A stretch of 64,000 bases of DNA from Candidatus Dojkabacteria bacterium (GCA_016929645.1 JAFGIK010000026.1:14288-78287), one strand, 5' to 3'. Positions 41,427 through 53,055 are shown, counted from the first letter of the stretch. Numbers and translations are program-made. Notes: generated by a model not told the origin, from the sequence alone.

Positions 41427-42461
41427 TTACTTAGCCACTTCTCTTACTTTTTTTTCAACCTCGATCGCTAGTTTTTTATCTTCTTTTAATAAGGAAATCG
41501 CAGACTCCTGACCTTGAGCAATATTCTTATCACCGTACTTGACCCAAGCTCCACTTTTCGAAAAAACTCCATATTTAACAGCAGCATCAAAAAGGCTACT
41601 TTCTTTATCAATCCCATGGGGATACCTAATCGTAAACGTTGCTTCACGAAATGGTGCAGCTACCTTATTTTTGACAATCTTAACTTTGCGAATATGTCCA
41701 ACAACTTGATCACCTTCAAGGATCTTCTCCTTTTGTCTTATATCCATCCTTATAGAAGAGTAAAATTTCAAAGCATTTCCACCAGTAGTTGTCTCAGGAT
41801 TTCCAAACATAACCCCGATCTTCATTCGAATTTGATTAAGGAATATGACGGTAGTATTAGTCTTACCACAAATAGCAGTTATTTTTCTTAGAGCTTGAGA
41901 CATTAATCTTGCTTGAAGTCCCATGTGACTATCACCCATATCGCCTTCAATCTCAGCCCTCGGGGTCAATGCTGCAACAGAGTCTATTACGATAACATCA
42001 ATAGCAGAAGATCGAACAAGAGTCTCCAATATTTCTAAAGCCTGCTCACCAAAATCTGGCTGAGAAATATATAACTCTGCAATATCAACACCAATGCTTT
42101 TAGCGTAAACAGGATCTAAAGCGTGTTCTGCGTCAATAAAAGCAACCTTACCACCTTGCTTCTGTGCTTCAGCTAAAATATGCAAGGCCAAAGTTGTCTT
42201 GCCTGAGGATTCTGGACCAAAAATTTCGATAATTCGGCCACGGGGAATACCTCCGACACCAAGTGCTAAGTCAAGTGAAATCGCACCTGTGGAAATAACA
42301 TCCACATCTACTTTACTTCTTGAACCAAGTTTCATTATTGAACCCTTACCAAATTGACGCTCAATATGCTCTACTGCGGCAGAGATTGCTTTAGATTTAT
42401 TCTGGTCTTCAGGATTCTGGGCAGATTTTTCTTCGCTTTTTTTCGGTTTATTTGTTGTCAT
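41427..42461 (-). CDS. recA: Recombinase RecA
   Basis: [37 protein letters not shown]; no intein. Confidence 0.99.
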   Translation of the reverse strand: MTTNKPKKSEEKSAQNPEDQNKSKAISAAVEHIERQFGKGSIMKLGSRSKVDVDVISTGAISLDLALGVGGIPRGRIIEIFGPESSGKTTLALHILAEAQKQGGKVAFIDAEHALDPVYAKSIGVDIAELYISQPDFGEQALEILETLVRSSAIDVIVIDSVAALTPRAEIEGDMGDSHMGLQARLMSQALRKITAICGKTNTTVIFLNQIRMKIGVMFGNPETTTGGNALKFYSSIRMDIRQKEKILEGDQVVGHIRKVKIVKNKVAAPFREATFTIRYPHGIDKESSLFDAAVKYGVFSKSGAWVKYGDKNIAQGQESAISLLKEDKKLAIEVEKKVREVAK

Positions 42462-42611
42462 ATAAAAATATATATTAATTTAAATCCGAAAAAAGAATAA
42501 CAAAAATAATCTATTTTGGTCAAAAACAAGTCTATGCTATAATGAATTTTTAATTAATATTATGGAAAAACCCATCAGACAAAGATAATTATAATATAGG
42601 ATAAATAACAC

Positions 42612-43040
42612 ATGACCCGAATTAAAACCGAACTTAAAATAGAAGAGAGTTCCAGTCAGCAAATAGCTAAGAAATTAAAAGAGCCAGTAAACGGTTTTCT
42701 TGATTTTTTAAATAAATATTCAATTATATCTTTCTCTATAGGTGTAATTGTCGGCCAAGCAACCAAAGATACCGTAAATATTCTTGTGTCTGGCATTATT
42801 AGTCCTGCAATACAGCTTGTTATGCCAAATATTGATTTGACAGAATTTACTGTCAATATTAATAAATCTGAATTTCAGATTGGATTGTTCATGAATTCAC
42901 TAATACAAATGCTTATTGTTATGGCTATTGTTTACATTGTTGTTGGAATAATTTTCAAAAGACGAGACTTACTAAAAATTCCAACAAAAAAATTACCAAA
43001 AAAATCGAGCAAAACAAAGCCCATTGAAACACAAGAATAA
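42612..43040 (+). CDS. mscL: MscL family mechanosensitive channel
   Basis: FLDFL...IGVIVG...LVSGIISP...IGLFMNSLI two-TM pattern. Confidence 0.75.
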   Translation: MTRIKTELKIEESSSQQIAKKLKEPVNGFLDFLNKYSIISFSIGVIVGQATKDTVNILVSGIISPAIQLVMPNIDLTEFTVNINKSEFQIGLFMNSLIQMLIVMAIVYIVVGIIFKRRDLLKIPTKKLPKKSSKTKPIETQE

Positions 43041-43069
43041 TGTTACTTTAGTTTAGAATACTCGTAAAA

Positions 43070-44380
43070 ATGAAACAACCCGATAATAATGCTACTTTTT
43101 CAAGTGATACAAAGATGGAAAATATAAAAGAAGAGAAAGAATTAAAACACGATAAACCAAAAGAATCAGAAAAATCTGGTCGAAATTCAAAGGTTGAGTC
43201 TAAAATTGAACCTAAAACTTCTATAACAACAGAAAATACACAAAAGTTAAAATCAGAAGCCCCAACTCCCAAGAAAAAGAAAAAAAATCATGTGTTTAGG
43301 ACAATACTTTTAGTCTTAATTCCTGGAGTACTTGTTCTTGCATTAAAAGTTCAGGCTGACACAAGATTACATTTAGATAACATTGAAAGAACAAGGGAAG
43401 GGATTGAATACTATTATTTTAATGGATGGCCAATTGATGACATATATTCTGATTTTGAGGAAACTTATCCTGAAGATAACACTTTTGCACTATTGTTAAG
43501 CACATATAGCAATCAAAGGCCAGAGACATTTACTAATAAATTAGACAATTCAATCAACTTCGAACTTACTACAATAGAGACATCTCTTCATGATTTAGAC
43601 CAAAGAACAACTCAATTTTATGTTGATGAAATTGCCCAGGATACTTCGGAAATTGAGAAAACAAGAGCGGAAATATCTGAAGGTTTAGAATTAAACAATT
43701 ATTACCAAATAACATCCTCTCTTGGCGAATACGGGATTGAGATTTCTGAATTGGACAAAAAACAAAGGACTGAACTTGATGCTAGAATTACTGATAAACT
43801 TAACACAATCGAAGACATTGCTTTCATGGCAGGATTTTATGACTTGAATTTAGGTCATTATGTAGATGAATCCCAGCAGATTAATCTAAATGAACAGGAT
43901 GAACTTCAAAAATACTATCAACTGGAAGACTTAAAAAACAAAGCAGCTGCTGAATTCGATAATGCAATTTTAGCAAGAGGTGGTCAAATATCAGAGGGAC
44001 AAAGAATTTTCATTGTAATTCGATCTCAACACATGTATATGGTCGAAGATTATGAAATAATATACGATATGCCTATGTCATCAGGAAAATATGGCCATGC
44101 TACTGCACTTGGAGAATTTCAGGTATACGAGAAAGTACCAATGGCCTGGGGTATTTGGGAAATATGGATGCCCTACTGGTTGACGATTTACTATTCGGGC
44201 GGATCAGAAAATGGAATTCATGGCATCCCAATTTCACCTATAAATGGCAGATGGAGCAACTGGGATAATGTTGTCGGAGTGCAACCAATCACATACGGCT
44301 GCATCATGCCTCATGATTGGGATGCAAAATATATTTACGATTGGGCTGAAGTCGGCACACCTGTCAGTATAGTCTGGTAA
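43070..44380 (+). CDS. L,D-transpeptidase (YkuD domain) with TM and helical N-region
   Basis: QHMY..MSSG..T..G.F.VYEK, MPYWL, GIHG, TYGC (SHGC variant), WAEVGTPVSI. Confidence 0.85.
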   Translation: MKQPDNNATFSSDTKMENIKEEKELKHDKPKESEKSGRNSKVESKIEPKTSITTENTQKLKSEAPTPKKKKKNHVFRTILLVLIPGVLVLALKVQADTRLHLDNIERTREGIEYYYFNGWPIDDIYSDFEETYPEDNTFALLLSTYSNQRPETFTNKLDNSINFELTTIETSLHDLDQRTTQFYVDEIAQDTSEIEKTRAEISEGLELNNYYQITSSLGEYGIEISELDKKQRTELDARITDKLNTIEDIAFMAGFYDLNLGHYVDESQQINLNEQDELQKYYQLEDLKNKAAAEFDNAILARGGQISEGQRIFIVIRSQHMYMVEDYEIIYDMPMSSGKYGHATALGEFQVYEKVPMAWGIWEIWMPYWLTIYYSGGSENGIHGIPISPINGRWSNWDNVVGVQPITYGCIMPHDWDAKYIYDWAEVGTPVSIVW

Positions 44381-44390
44381 ATAAAGTACT

Positions 44391-44666
44391 TTATTTACTT
44401 TGTCCAGCTATACTTGAACTTGCTTTACCCATAGCTTTATATACAACCATATAATAGACCAGTGCACCTATCGTACTTCCTAAAAGAACTATAAGCATCC
44501 ACATTGTTCTATCATTTTGGTTTTTATTCGGAAATTCATCAACCTTTCTTTGAACAAGATCTATAACCATCCAAATCCAGAAAGATAATCCAGCAAGAAT
44601 AAAAATAGCAACTACGCCAAATATACACATTGGGAAAGCCATAAAAATAAGCGGAAGAAAAGCCAT
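44391..44666 (-). CDS. Small membrane protein, PLDc N-terminal-like
   Basis: FWIWMVIDL...DRTMWMLIVLL...IGALVYY. Confidence 0.75.
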   Translation of the reverse strand: MAFLPLIFMAFPMCIFGVVAIFILAGLSFWIWMVIDLVQRKVDEFPNKNQNDRTMWMLIVLLGSTIGALVYYMVVYKAMGKASSSIAGQSK

Positions 44667-44716
44667 ACGTTTATATATTAAAATTAATCTATTTAAATAT
44701 TATAATAGCATCACTT

Positions 44717-45754
44717 ATGAAATACCAATATCTTGATATATTAGATTTAAATTTTCCATCATTCAGACAAAAACAGCTAAATCATGCTGTTTTTGTCAAT
44801 CTTATTGATAATTTTGAAAATTTATCAACATTCTCGAAAGATGATCGAGAGAAACTTTCACAAAAATTCTCTTTCCCATTTATATCCCCTTTAAACAATA
44901 AGGTTTCATCTGATGACCAGGTAATTAAAAAAGTATTCTCTTGTCAGGATAATCTTAATTTCGAGGCGGTTCTCCTTCGTCATGAAAAAAATAGGAATAC
45001 TGTTTGTGTTTCAACTCAAATTGGATGTCCACTTAAATGCCAATTCTGCGCCACAGGAAGTATGGGATTTACAAGAAATTTGACAGCTCAGGAAATTGTC
45101 GATCAGGTTCTTTATTTTTCACGTTTTTTATCAAAATTTAATGATAAAGTTACGAATATAGTATTTATGGGTATGGGAGAGCCTTTTCTTAATCCGAAAA
45201 ATGTTACAAATGCTGTAGAAATCCTCACAGATCCTAATCAATTCAATTTCGGCTCAAGAAGAATAACCATTTCATCAGTTGGAATTATTAAGCCAATGGA
45301 AGATTTTTTCACTAAATTTCCTCAGGTAAATCTTGCTATAAGTTTGCATTCTGCCAACACAGAGATAAGATCGCAAATTATGCCGAGTACAAACGCAGAT
45401 TCTTTAAAAGATCTAGCAATTTTTATAAAACGACATATTCATAAAAATAATAGACGTATGACACTAGAATACCTTATGCTGGAGAACATCACCGATCGGG
45501 ATATTGATATTGATTATTTATCAAGATTTTTCGAAGAGATAGGAAAGAACGCACACAAATTAGTGCATGTTAACCTTATCCCATTCAATAAAACAGGAAC
45601 ATCAACATTTAAGCCAACAAATCCCAGTAAAATAACTTTATTTAGAAGCAAATTGAGTAGTAAAGGAATAAACGTAACAATTCGGAAAAGCCTTGGTCAA
45701 GAAAAAAATGCTGCATGTGGAATGTTGGCGCTAAAGCAATTAAAGTCAATCTAA
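44717..45754 (+). CDS. rlmN: Dual-specificity RNA methyltransferase RlmN
   Basis: CVSTQIGCPLKCQFCATG, FMGMGEP, AISLH, AACGML. Confidence 0.95.
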   Translation: MKYQYLDILDLNFPSFRQKQLNHAVFVNLIDNFENLSTFSKDDREKLSQKFSFPFISPLNNKVSSDDQVIKKVFSCQDNLNFEAVLLRHEKNRNTVCVSTQIGCPLKCQFCATGSMGFTRNLTAQEIVDQVLYFSRFLSKFNDKVTNIVFMGMGEPFLNPKNVTNAVEILTDPNQFNFGSRRITISSVGIIKPMEDFFTKFPQVNLAISLHSANTEIRSQIMPSTNADSLKDLAIFIKRHIHKNNRRMTLEYLMLENITDRDIDIDYLSRFFEEIGKNAHKLVHVNLIPFNKTGTSTFKPTNPSKITLFRSKLSSKGINVTIRKSLGQEKNAACGMLALKQLKSI

Positions 45755-45787
45755 TACTAATAGAGCATCAAGCAAAGCGGTAAGCTA

Positions 45788-47905
45788 CTATCGCACAAAC
45801 ATTTTCACATCAACACAAATCGCACGATCAATAGTCACAAGTACAGGATTTAAATCAAGACTAATTATTTCTGGATAAGCAATGAGCATTTTTTGTACAG
45901 CGTCAATCGTGTTCAAAACTTTATCAAAGGCTAATACATCTTTGCCACGAGCACCTTTAATTATCTTCCAAATTGCAGTCCTCTCCAACTTCTTTTCAAT
46001 AAATTCACTGGAGCTTGGAATCAATATTTGTTCAAGATCCTTGTAAATTTCGGTATAAATACCACCAGTTCCAAACATAAGTAAATGTCCAAGGCCAGTA
46101 TTGTCAGAATATACTTGTTTGGAACCATCCCTATTGGCACCGATAAAAAACTCTTTCTCAAATTTAATTTGCTCCTGTACCAATATAGAGGGTCTGTTGT
46201 TACCTGTTTTTTCCTGAATATCTGTTGCTAATTGATAAAAATTTGCTCTTAATGCTGCATCATCCTGAATATTAAAATAAATCGCCTTAAAATCAGTTTT
46301 ATGAACAATATCTGCAGTTGTAGCCTTCATCACAACAGGGAAACAGCTCTTTGCGAATGCAGCAACTTCTTCAATATTTGAGCTTACAAACTGTTTAGGT
46401 AAATCAAGACCGAATTCAGTTGCAATACTTGCCACAACGTTTTCAAATAATACTCCAGTTTCATGACTTGAATTTTGAATAATTTCATGGTGAAACTTAC
46501 CTTCAGTATACGCCGTGTCAATTGGTATAAATCGTGGATGTTCATTTTTTTCATCTTTATAACGGCCATACTCGTACATGCACGAAATAACATCAACAGC
46601 TTCACGAATAGAGTCGAAAACCGGAACTTTTGCATCGTACATCCGTTGTATGCCAAAAGATACATATTTTCCTCCTAAAAATACAGCATAAATAGGTTTT
46701 TTAGAGAATTTCGCACTCTCGATAATTAGTTTTGCAGTATCCTCTATCTGAGTTACAAGTTGAGGAGTCAGGATTATCAATATGCTATCAACATTATCAT
46801 CATGAATTAATGTTTCAATAGGTAATTTGTATCGTGCAGCAAGCGCATCACCGATAACATCAATAGGATTAAGAACGCTAGCTGTATCTGGAAGGCTATC
46901 TTTGATAGATTTTCTAGATTCTTCCGAAATTTCAGCCATCTTCAAACCTGATTTTAAAATAGTATCTGTAGCAATTATTCCCGGACCTCCAGCATTTGTA
47001 ACAATTGCTACATTTGGTCCTTTAGGAATATGCGTCCAGGAAAATCCCATTAAAAGATTAAACATTTCATTCTCTCCATTAACCTGAATTATTCCAGATT
47101 GATTCAGCGCAGTTTTTACAGTTTTCACAGATCCTGCAAGAGAACCTGTATGAGAAGCAATTGCTTTTTGTGCTTGTTCAGTCTCACCTGCTTTTAGCAT
47201 AACAATAGGTTTATTTGAGCTTGATGCAATATCCAGTATTTGCCTTCCCCCATCAAGTTCTTCAAGATATGCACCAATTACGCTCACTTTTTCGTGATTA
47301 ACAAAATACTTTATCAAATCAACTTCAGACACATCACTCTTATTGCCAAGTGAAACAAAGTTCGAAAATCCGAGATTTCTCGATAAGGACATGTCAAGAA
47401 TAGCTGTACATACAGCACCTGATTGAGACAAAAAAGCAATATTTCCTTCAATTGGATTGGATGCAGCAAAAGATGCATTAATCTTAGTCAAAGGGTTGAT
47501 CATCCCGAGACAATTAGGTCCCAGAAGTCTGATACCTGCTTTTTTCACTTTATTTGAAATTCGCTGCTCAAGAGCTTTACCTTCTTCATTAAGCTCACCA
47601 AATCCAGCAGAGATGATAATTACTGATTTAACATTTTTCTCAATACATTCATCTACAACTGGCTCGACAAATTGTGAAGGAATTGCAATACAAACAAGAT
47701 CTATCTCTTCACCCACAGCTTTAATAGAAGGATAAACTTTACGATCAAATAGCTCCTGGTACTTTGGATTTATTATAAAAATATCGCCCTCAAAACCAGC
47801 AGAAATAATGTTCAAGAGAAGGATCGATCCAATTTTTCCCGGATCAGAAGATACACCAACGATCGCAACAGATTTTGGATTGAGAAGAGAATCAAGATTA
47901 TTCAT
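45788..47905 (-). CDS. Acetate--CoA ligase (ADP-forming), alpha-beta fusion
   Basis: PKSVAIVG, GPNCLG, SQSGA, SHTGSLAG (phospho-His), TNAGGPG, NPID; C-terminal ATP-grasp with HKTD and DLNP. Confidence 0.92.
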   Translation of the reverse strand: MNNLDSLLNPKSVAIVGVSSDPGKIGSILLLNIISAGFEGDIFIINPKYQELFDRKVYPSIKAVGEEIDLVCIAIPSQFVEPVVDECIEKNVKSVIIISAGFGELNEEGKALEQRISNKVKKAGIRLLGPNCLGMINPLTKINASFAASNPIEGNIAFLSQSGAVCTAILDMSLSRNLGFSNFVSLGNKSDVSEVDLIKYFVNHEKVSVIGAYLEELDGGRQILDIASSSNKPIVMLKAGETEQAQKAIASHTGSLAGSVKTVKTALNQSGIIQVNGENEMFNLLMGFSWTHIPKGPNVAIVTNAGGPGIIATDTILKSGLKMAEISEESRKSIKDSLPDTASVLNPIDVIGDALAARYKLPIETLIHDDNVDSILIILTPQLVTQIEDTAKLIIESAKFSKKPIYAVFLGGKYVSFGIQRMYDAKVPVFDSIREAVDVISCMYEYGRYKDEKNEHPRFIPIDTAYTEGKFHHEIIQNSSHETGVLFENVVASIATEFGLDLPKQFVSSNIEEVAAFAKSCFPVVMKATTADIVHKTDFKAIYFNIQDDAALRANFYQLATDIQEKTGNNRPSILVQEQIKFEKEFFIGANRDGSKQVYSDNTGLGHLLMFGTGGIYTEIYKDLEQILIPSSSEFIEKKLERTAIWKIIKGARGKDVLAFDKVLNTIDAVQKMLIAYPEIISLDLNPVLVTIDRAICVDVKMFVR

Positions 47906-48191
47906 TTACCAATTGTTTCCTTTAATTGAAATAAATTGACATTAGATCAGAGTAAATAAAGGGCTTTATACTAGGTCAACTATAAATTACATCTACATTT
48001 TACTTATAATACAATACCAATAGATAAATTGTAACATAAGTCTATTTTTACAAAGAAAAGTCTAATAATAATATAGAACAAGTATTAAATCGAGACAAGA
48101 ATACATTGATAATTCGTTTTTAATATAGATAAAATTTTCAGGATTTTTTTAATATTTAATGTTAAAATAAAAATTTAAGGAATACTAAATA

Positions 48192-49064
48192 ATGAGCAAA
48201 GACAAATTTAACGCAATATGGGTTTCACATTCTTCAATAAGCGACTTTTTAAAATGCCCTAGAGCATACTATTTGAAAAACGTATATAAAGACCCAGTAA
48301 CAAACCATAAAGTTCAAATCATCACACCTTCACTGGCACTGGGTCAAGTTGTGCATGAAGTTATTGAATCATTATCCATTATCCCTACTCAGAGACGTTT
48401 TGAGGAGCCATTATCAGCAAAATTCGAAAGGGCCTGGACTAAGGTTTCCGGCAAAAAAGGCGGTTTTAATAGCGAAGAACAAGAGCAGGCATTTAAAAAA
48501 CGTGGAGAAATCATGATAGATCGAGTAAAAAATAATCCAGGTCCACTCAATAAACTTGCAGTAAAAATACAGATGGATCTACCACATTATTGGATGTCAG
48601 AGGAAGATAACATCATACTTTGCGGTAAAATCGATTGGCTGGAATATTTTAAGGATTCAGATAGCGTTCACATTATTGATTTTAAGACAAGCAAACATGA
48701 GGAAAAAGAAGATTCCATGCAATTACCTATATATCACCTACTTGTAAGAAATTGCCAAGGCCGAGAGGTTCAAAAAGCAAGTTATTGGTACCTTGATAAA
48801 GATGACAGCCCAGTAGAACAACAGCTGCCAGATGTTGAAATATCCGAAAAAAATATCCTTGCTATAGCAAAGAAAATCAAACTTGCACGACAATTGGATA
48901 GTTTTAAATGCCCAAATGGCGACGATGGCTGCTTTGCCTGCAAACCATTTGAAAAAATAGTTAAAGGTATGGCAGAAAAAGTCGGAATTAATGACTATAA
49001 TCAGGACATTTATATTGTTGAACAAGACAACGAATCTGAAGAGCAACAAAGTTTAGTGCTGTAG
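48192..49064 (+). CDS. PD-(D/E)XK nuclease (RecB/AddB/Cas4-like)
   Basis: SHSSI..F..CPRAYY, G..VH, GKID, IIDFKT, QL..Y, C-terminal Cys cluster. Confidence 0.85.
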   Translation: MSKDKFNAIWVSHSSISDFLKCPRAYYLKNVYKDPVTNHKVQIITPSLALGQVVHEVIESLSIIPTQRRFEEPLSAKFERAWTKVSGKKGGFNSEEQEQAFKKRGEIMIDRVKNNPGPLNKLAVKIQMDLPHYWMSEEDNIILCGKIDWLEYFKDSDSVHIIDFKTSKHEEKEDSMQLPIYHLLVRNCQGREVQKASYWYLDKDDSPVEQQLPDVEISEKNILAIAKKIKLARQLDSFKCPNGDDGCFACKPFEKIVKGMAEKVGINDYNQDIYIVEQDNESEEQQSLVL

Positions 49065-49154
49065 AACGTAAGACTCAGGTATGACAACTCTTTCGAATGT
49101 AGAATAAAATCAATAAAATCGCTTATTTATTAAGATTTCCCCTTCAAAAACTCA

Positions 49155-49679
49155 TTAATCTAGCTCTTCAACTGACAAGATTTGATTGTTGTTGTTCGCC
49201 CTAGCGATATAATATATTGAATATGTCTTATCAGCGACAAAAATATCGTTATAGAAAGGCAAATATATAAAATCTACATTATCAATAACCATAAAGTTCA
49301 AGTGCATATATGATCTCCCAAGCTGGACAGATTTCTGCTCAAATCTTGGCTTTCCTGTAGCAACTTTAACTTCGGTAGAATTTGATATACTTATTAACGA
49401 AATAAACATTACCACACCTACGATAAGCGATCCGAAGAAAACTGTAAGTCCTGCAATAAAATACCCCATTTTATTTTCGCTGTAGTTATAAATGGAATAT
49501 ACGTAAAGACCGAAAAACACTGAAGTAGAAACAAAACCGATACCCAAACTAACAATTAACCCCAGAATTGAACTCATCCGAAAACGTCCTTTTTGACCAT
49601 CAGAAATTTGACCAGCTTTATTCATTTGTAGATCAGATTCATTAAATCTAAAGTGTTTTTGTAGATTTGTTGTATACAT
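49155..49679 (-). CDS. Hypothetical two-TM membrane protein
   Basis: FNESDLQMNKAGQISDGQK N-terminus; two TMs; C-terminal ILSVE. Confidence 0.7.
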   Translation of the reverse strand: MYTTNLQKHFRFNESDLQMNKAGQISDGQKGRFRMSSILGLIVSLGIGFVSTSVFFGLYVYSIYNYSENKMGYFIAGLTVFFGSLIVGVVMFISLISISNSTEVKVATGKPRFEQKSVQLGRSYMHLNFMVIDNVDFIYLPFYNDIFVADKTYSIYYIARANNNNQILSVEELD

Positions 49680-49811
49680 TAAGGATTATTATACCATTTA
49701 AGATAAGCCATCTATTCAAAGAAAATAAAATCGAGATTAATACTCTACTCAAGACCCAGTAGTACACCCCATAGGTTTATTAACGGGGATACGTTCATAC
49801 TTTACAGATTA

Positions 49812-49840
49812 TTGACTTGATCGCTCGTTAATTGTATAAT
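49812..49840 (+). promoter_or_regulatory. Near-consensus sigma70 promoter for the large surface protein
   Basis: TTGACT-N17-TATAAT. Confidence 0.65.
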
Positions 49841-49896
49841 ACCAACATATTTCAACTCGACATAATTAATATATATTAATTTATTAAGCTTTACAT

Positions 49897-52800
49897 ATGA
49901 AGCACTTTCGTAAGAACGTTGCAAAGATAATTGCAACAACGTTCATTTTATTTCTAGTCTCAAACCAGGTTTCACCTCTGATTGTTTTTGCTAATGAGGA
50001 AAACATCCAAGAAAATCAGGAAAACGTTGACGAATCTTCAACAACAGAGACATCGACAGACGATTCAGTAGACTCTGAAGTAACAACAACAGAGGCGAAT
50101 ACTGAAGAAGTCACAGAGAACCAAACAGAAGATACAGATGAATCTGAAACTCCTGTTGAGGAATCAACAGACTTGTCAGTTACTGAGACAGAGATTTCAA
50201 ATTCTGACGAAATTGAGACTAATATTGAACAGAATGATATTTTAGAGCCAATGCAATCAGATGTCTCTCCAAGTGCGGCAGGAAATAGTCCAATAACTGT
50301 CTATCTTGGTGACCCAATAAACATGTACGATGACGTACTAAATATGTACGTTATTGCAGAAAACGAAGTTGATCCTTCTGATCCTATCGTTTCTTTCACT
50401 TATAATATTCTCGGAACAGGACTAAACGGAACATTAAATAACGAAGTAACAACAGCATTGACTTGTATCATTAATGGACAAGCAGAAGGTGATCTTGGAG
50501 TAGATAATTGTGTGGCAATAGAAGGATCTAGATCCGTTTATAATATTCCTACCGGAACATACGATATACAAGTATGTGCATACGATGCTGCTGGAGATGT
50601 GGGATGTACAACAGATAGTATTATTGTCGAAAGACCAGTTGGCACGGAGCTAATGACTTACGGAATTCCTGAGGGATATCCAGTCACAGCTTTTCAAGCA
50701 AATGCTACTGCTGGAAATCCTTACGGTTTAACTCTTTATCTTGAATCAAGAATTACCCTTCCTGGTGCAGTATTCGACTGGGCTCCGATGTTCGATGAAT
50801 ACATCCCGGCAGGGACAACAACACTCTTCAATCAAGATGATATTATTGCTGCGACTATCGAAAGAGTCTATGGCGTAAGTGGATACGGATATAATCAATT
50901 CGATTCAAGCGTTTTACCAGAAGGACATTACGAATACAGATACGTATTGGTTGATGATTTTAATAGCTGGTCAAGAAGTATCTATTCACATCCTGGGTAT
51001 AACATTATTGATATGGCAGCAATAGGATTCCCTATGGATAGTAATAGTGATGGATATTCAAGAGAATCACAGTATGCAACTGCATATTACTTTAACTTCC
51101 AACCAGGAAATGTACCTCCAATAATTGATTTTGGTTCAAGCCAGACTATATTTGAAAATGAAGATGTAACATTCCCAGCAAGTTTCTATGACCCAAGTTA
51201 TAGAGCTAGCAGTCCTTTCTGGGGTGGAGCAAACGAACCAGATGACGCACCATGGACAGTTACTGTTGATTATGGTGATGGAGATACTTATGTTGATACT
51301 TATAATACCGACGGAATACTATCAATACCTAACCATACATACAGCGCTATTGGTACCTACACTGCTACACTTCAAATTTGTGAAGCTTCATATAACAGCG
51401 CAGGTTCATGGAATGGTGGCGGTTTATGGGGAAGTATCCAATGGGGAGATGGAGCATGTAGCACATCAACTATTACAGTAAATGTTATAAAAAATGTACC
51501 AGAAGTTGCGATAAGTGCTAATCCAGGATTTTCTGTACAAGAAGGAACAACTGTTACCTTAACAGCAAATGTAACCAACGGAGACGCACCTATATCTTAC
51601 GCATGGAGTGGTGATTGTATTGGTACAACTGACGAAGTTACACTTCCAGATACACCTGGAACATACACATGTACAGTGACTGTCACAGATAGTGATGGAG
51701 ATACTGATTCTGATACCGTTACAGTAGTTGTAAATGAAAATGTACCTACCGTTACAATAGAGGCACTACCTAGTGCAACAGTATACGAAGGTACAAATGT
51801 AATGATAATTGCTCATGCAGATGGCGAAGATACACCATTAACATATTTATGGTCAGGAGATCCTGTTTGTGATGGCGAAGTTGATACAAATGTAGCAATC
51901 CCAGGAGTTACTGGAGTATACACATGTACAATTACAGTTACCGATAGTGATGGCGATACTGCAACAGCAACTATTACAATAACTGTTCTAAACGAAACAC
52001 CAGTTCTTTCAGTGATTGCTAACCCTGGATTTACCGTTAACGAAGGTACAGATGTTACACTTATAGCTTCAGTTGCAAATAGTCACCCAGGTGATGTATA
52101 CGCATGGAGTGGCGATTGTAGTGGAGATACAAACACCGCAGTAGTTCCAGGAATCACAGGAGTATACACATGTACAATCACAGTTACTGATAGAGATGGT
52201 GATGTTGAATCTCAGACTGTTACGGTAACAGTTAACAATAGTGTTCCTACAGTTGCAATTACTGCAAACCCAGGAACAACCGTATATACAGGTACAACAG
52301 TAGTACTTATAGCTAATGCAAGTGGTGTAAATACACCTTTAACATACAACTGGAGAGGTAACTGTGCAGGTAGCAATACTACCGAGACTACAGTGCCAAA
52401 TACACCAGGAACCTATACTTGTTACGTAGATGTTACTGATGCAGATGGAGACATGGCAACAGCATCAATTACAATAACAGTATTGGCAAATCCAGTAGTT
52501 GTTCAACCTACCCAACCAATTGTTACACCAGTTCAGGCAGAAGAAGACGAAGATACAGAGGAAGAAGATAGCGATGTTTTAGGAGAAGAAGATGAAAATG
52601 ATGGAGACAACAACAATGACACATGCGAAGTTGACGCAACTATTAATGGATACGTCTACTACGACAAAAATGGTAATGGCAAGAAAGATGACGATGAGAA
52701 CGGAGTAAAAGATGTAAAGGTCACTATCTACTATCTTGATGATGACGGAAAACGAGTTGTTGTTGACGAAGTTAATACTGATACTGATGGATATTGGGAG

Positions 52801-53055
52801 ACAGAAGTCTGCCATGGTAACTATTGGGTAGAAGTTGATACATCAACATTACCAGATAATGTAGATGTTGACGGAGACAGCAAAGTCGAAGTTAAAGTCA
52901 GTAAAGATGATGAAAAGAATATCACATTTGAAGTCAAAGACAGTGATAACAAGTCTTGGTTCAATGCATGGTATTGCTTGATTCCTCTTCTCTTACTTGT
53001 AGCTGCGGGTATTGGATATGTTGTCCTTACAAACAGCAAGAAAGAAGATAAATAA
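49897..53055 (+). CDS. Large surface protein with PKD/Ig-like repeats, SdrD-B-like domain and C-terminal TM
   Basis: Signal peptide, acidic linker, VDYGDG..HTY..GTY (PKD), four tandem repeats, INGYVYYDKNGNG..GVKDVKV (SdrD-B), TM then KK. Confidence 0.88.
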   Translation: MKHFRKNVAKIIATTFILFLVSNQVSPLIVFANEENIQENQENVDESSTTETSTDDSVDSEVTTTEANTEEVTENQTEDTDESETPVEESTDLSVTETEISNSDEIETNIEQNDILEPMQSDVSPSAAGNSPITVYLGDPINMYDDVLNMYVIAENEVDPSDPIVSFTYNILGTGLNGTLNNEVTTALTCIINGQAEGDLGVDNCVAIEGSRSVYNIPTGTYDIQVCAYDAAGDVGCTTDSIIVERPVGTELMTYGIPEGYPVTAFQANATAGNPYGLTLYLESRITLPGAVFDWAPMFDEYIPAGTTTLFNQDDIIAATIERVYGVSGYGYNQFDSSVLPEGHYEYRYVLVDDFNSWSRSIYSHPGYNIIDMAAIGFPMDSNSDGYSRESQYATAYYFNFQPGNVPPIIDFGSSQTIFENEDVTFPASFYDPSYRASSPFWGGANEPDDAPWTVTVDYGDGDTYVDTYNTDGILSIPNHTYSAIGTYTATLQICEASYNSAGSWNGGGLWGSIQWGDGACSTSTITVNVIKNVPEVAISANPGFSVQEGTTVTLTANVTNGDAPISYAWSGDCIGTTDEVTLPDTPGTYTCTVTVTDSDGDTDSDTVTVVVNENVPTVTIEALPSATVYEGTNVMIIAHADGEDTPLTYLWSGDPVCDGEVDTNVAIPGVTGVYTCTITVTDSDGDTATATITITVLNETPVLSVIANPGFTVNEGTDVTLIASVANSHPGDVYAWSGDCSGDTNTAVVPGITGVYTCTITVTDRDGDVESQTVTVTVNNSVPTVAITANPGTTVYTGTTVVLIANASGVNTPLTYNWRGNCAGSNTTETTVPNTPGTYTCYVDVTDADGDMATASITITVLANPVVVQPTQPIVTPVQAEEDEDTEEEDSDVLGEEDENDGDNNNDTCEVDATINGYVYYDKNGNGKKDDDENGVKDVKVTIYYLDDDGKRVVVDEVNTDTDGYWETEVCHGNYWVEVDTSTLPDNVDVDGDSKVEVKVSKDDEKNITFEVKDSDNKSWFNAWYCLIPLLLLVAAGIGYVVLTNSKKEDK
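51493..52493 (+). repeat. Four tandem 82-85 aa PKD-like repeats within the surface protein
   Basis: Each unit: P-V-I-A-P...W-S/R-G-x-C...PG-YTC-V-VTD-DGD. Confidence 0.85.

Noticed and set aside
48192-49064. Cas4 as part of a CRISPR-Cas locus
   Set aside because: No repeat-spacer array or other cas genes in the window; a stand-alone RecB-family nuclease is the simpler call.
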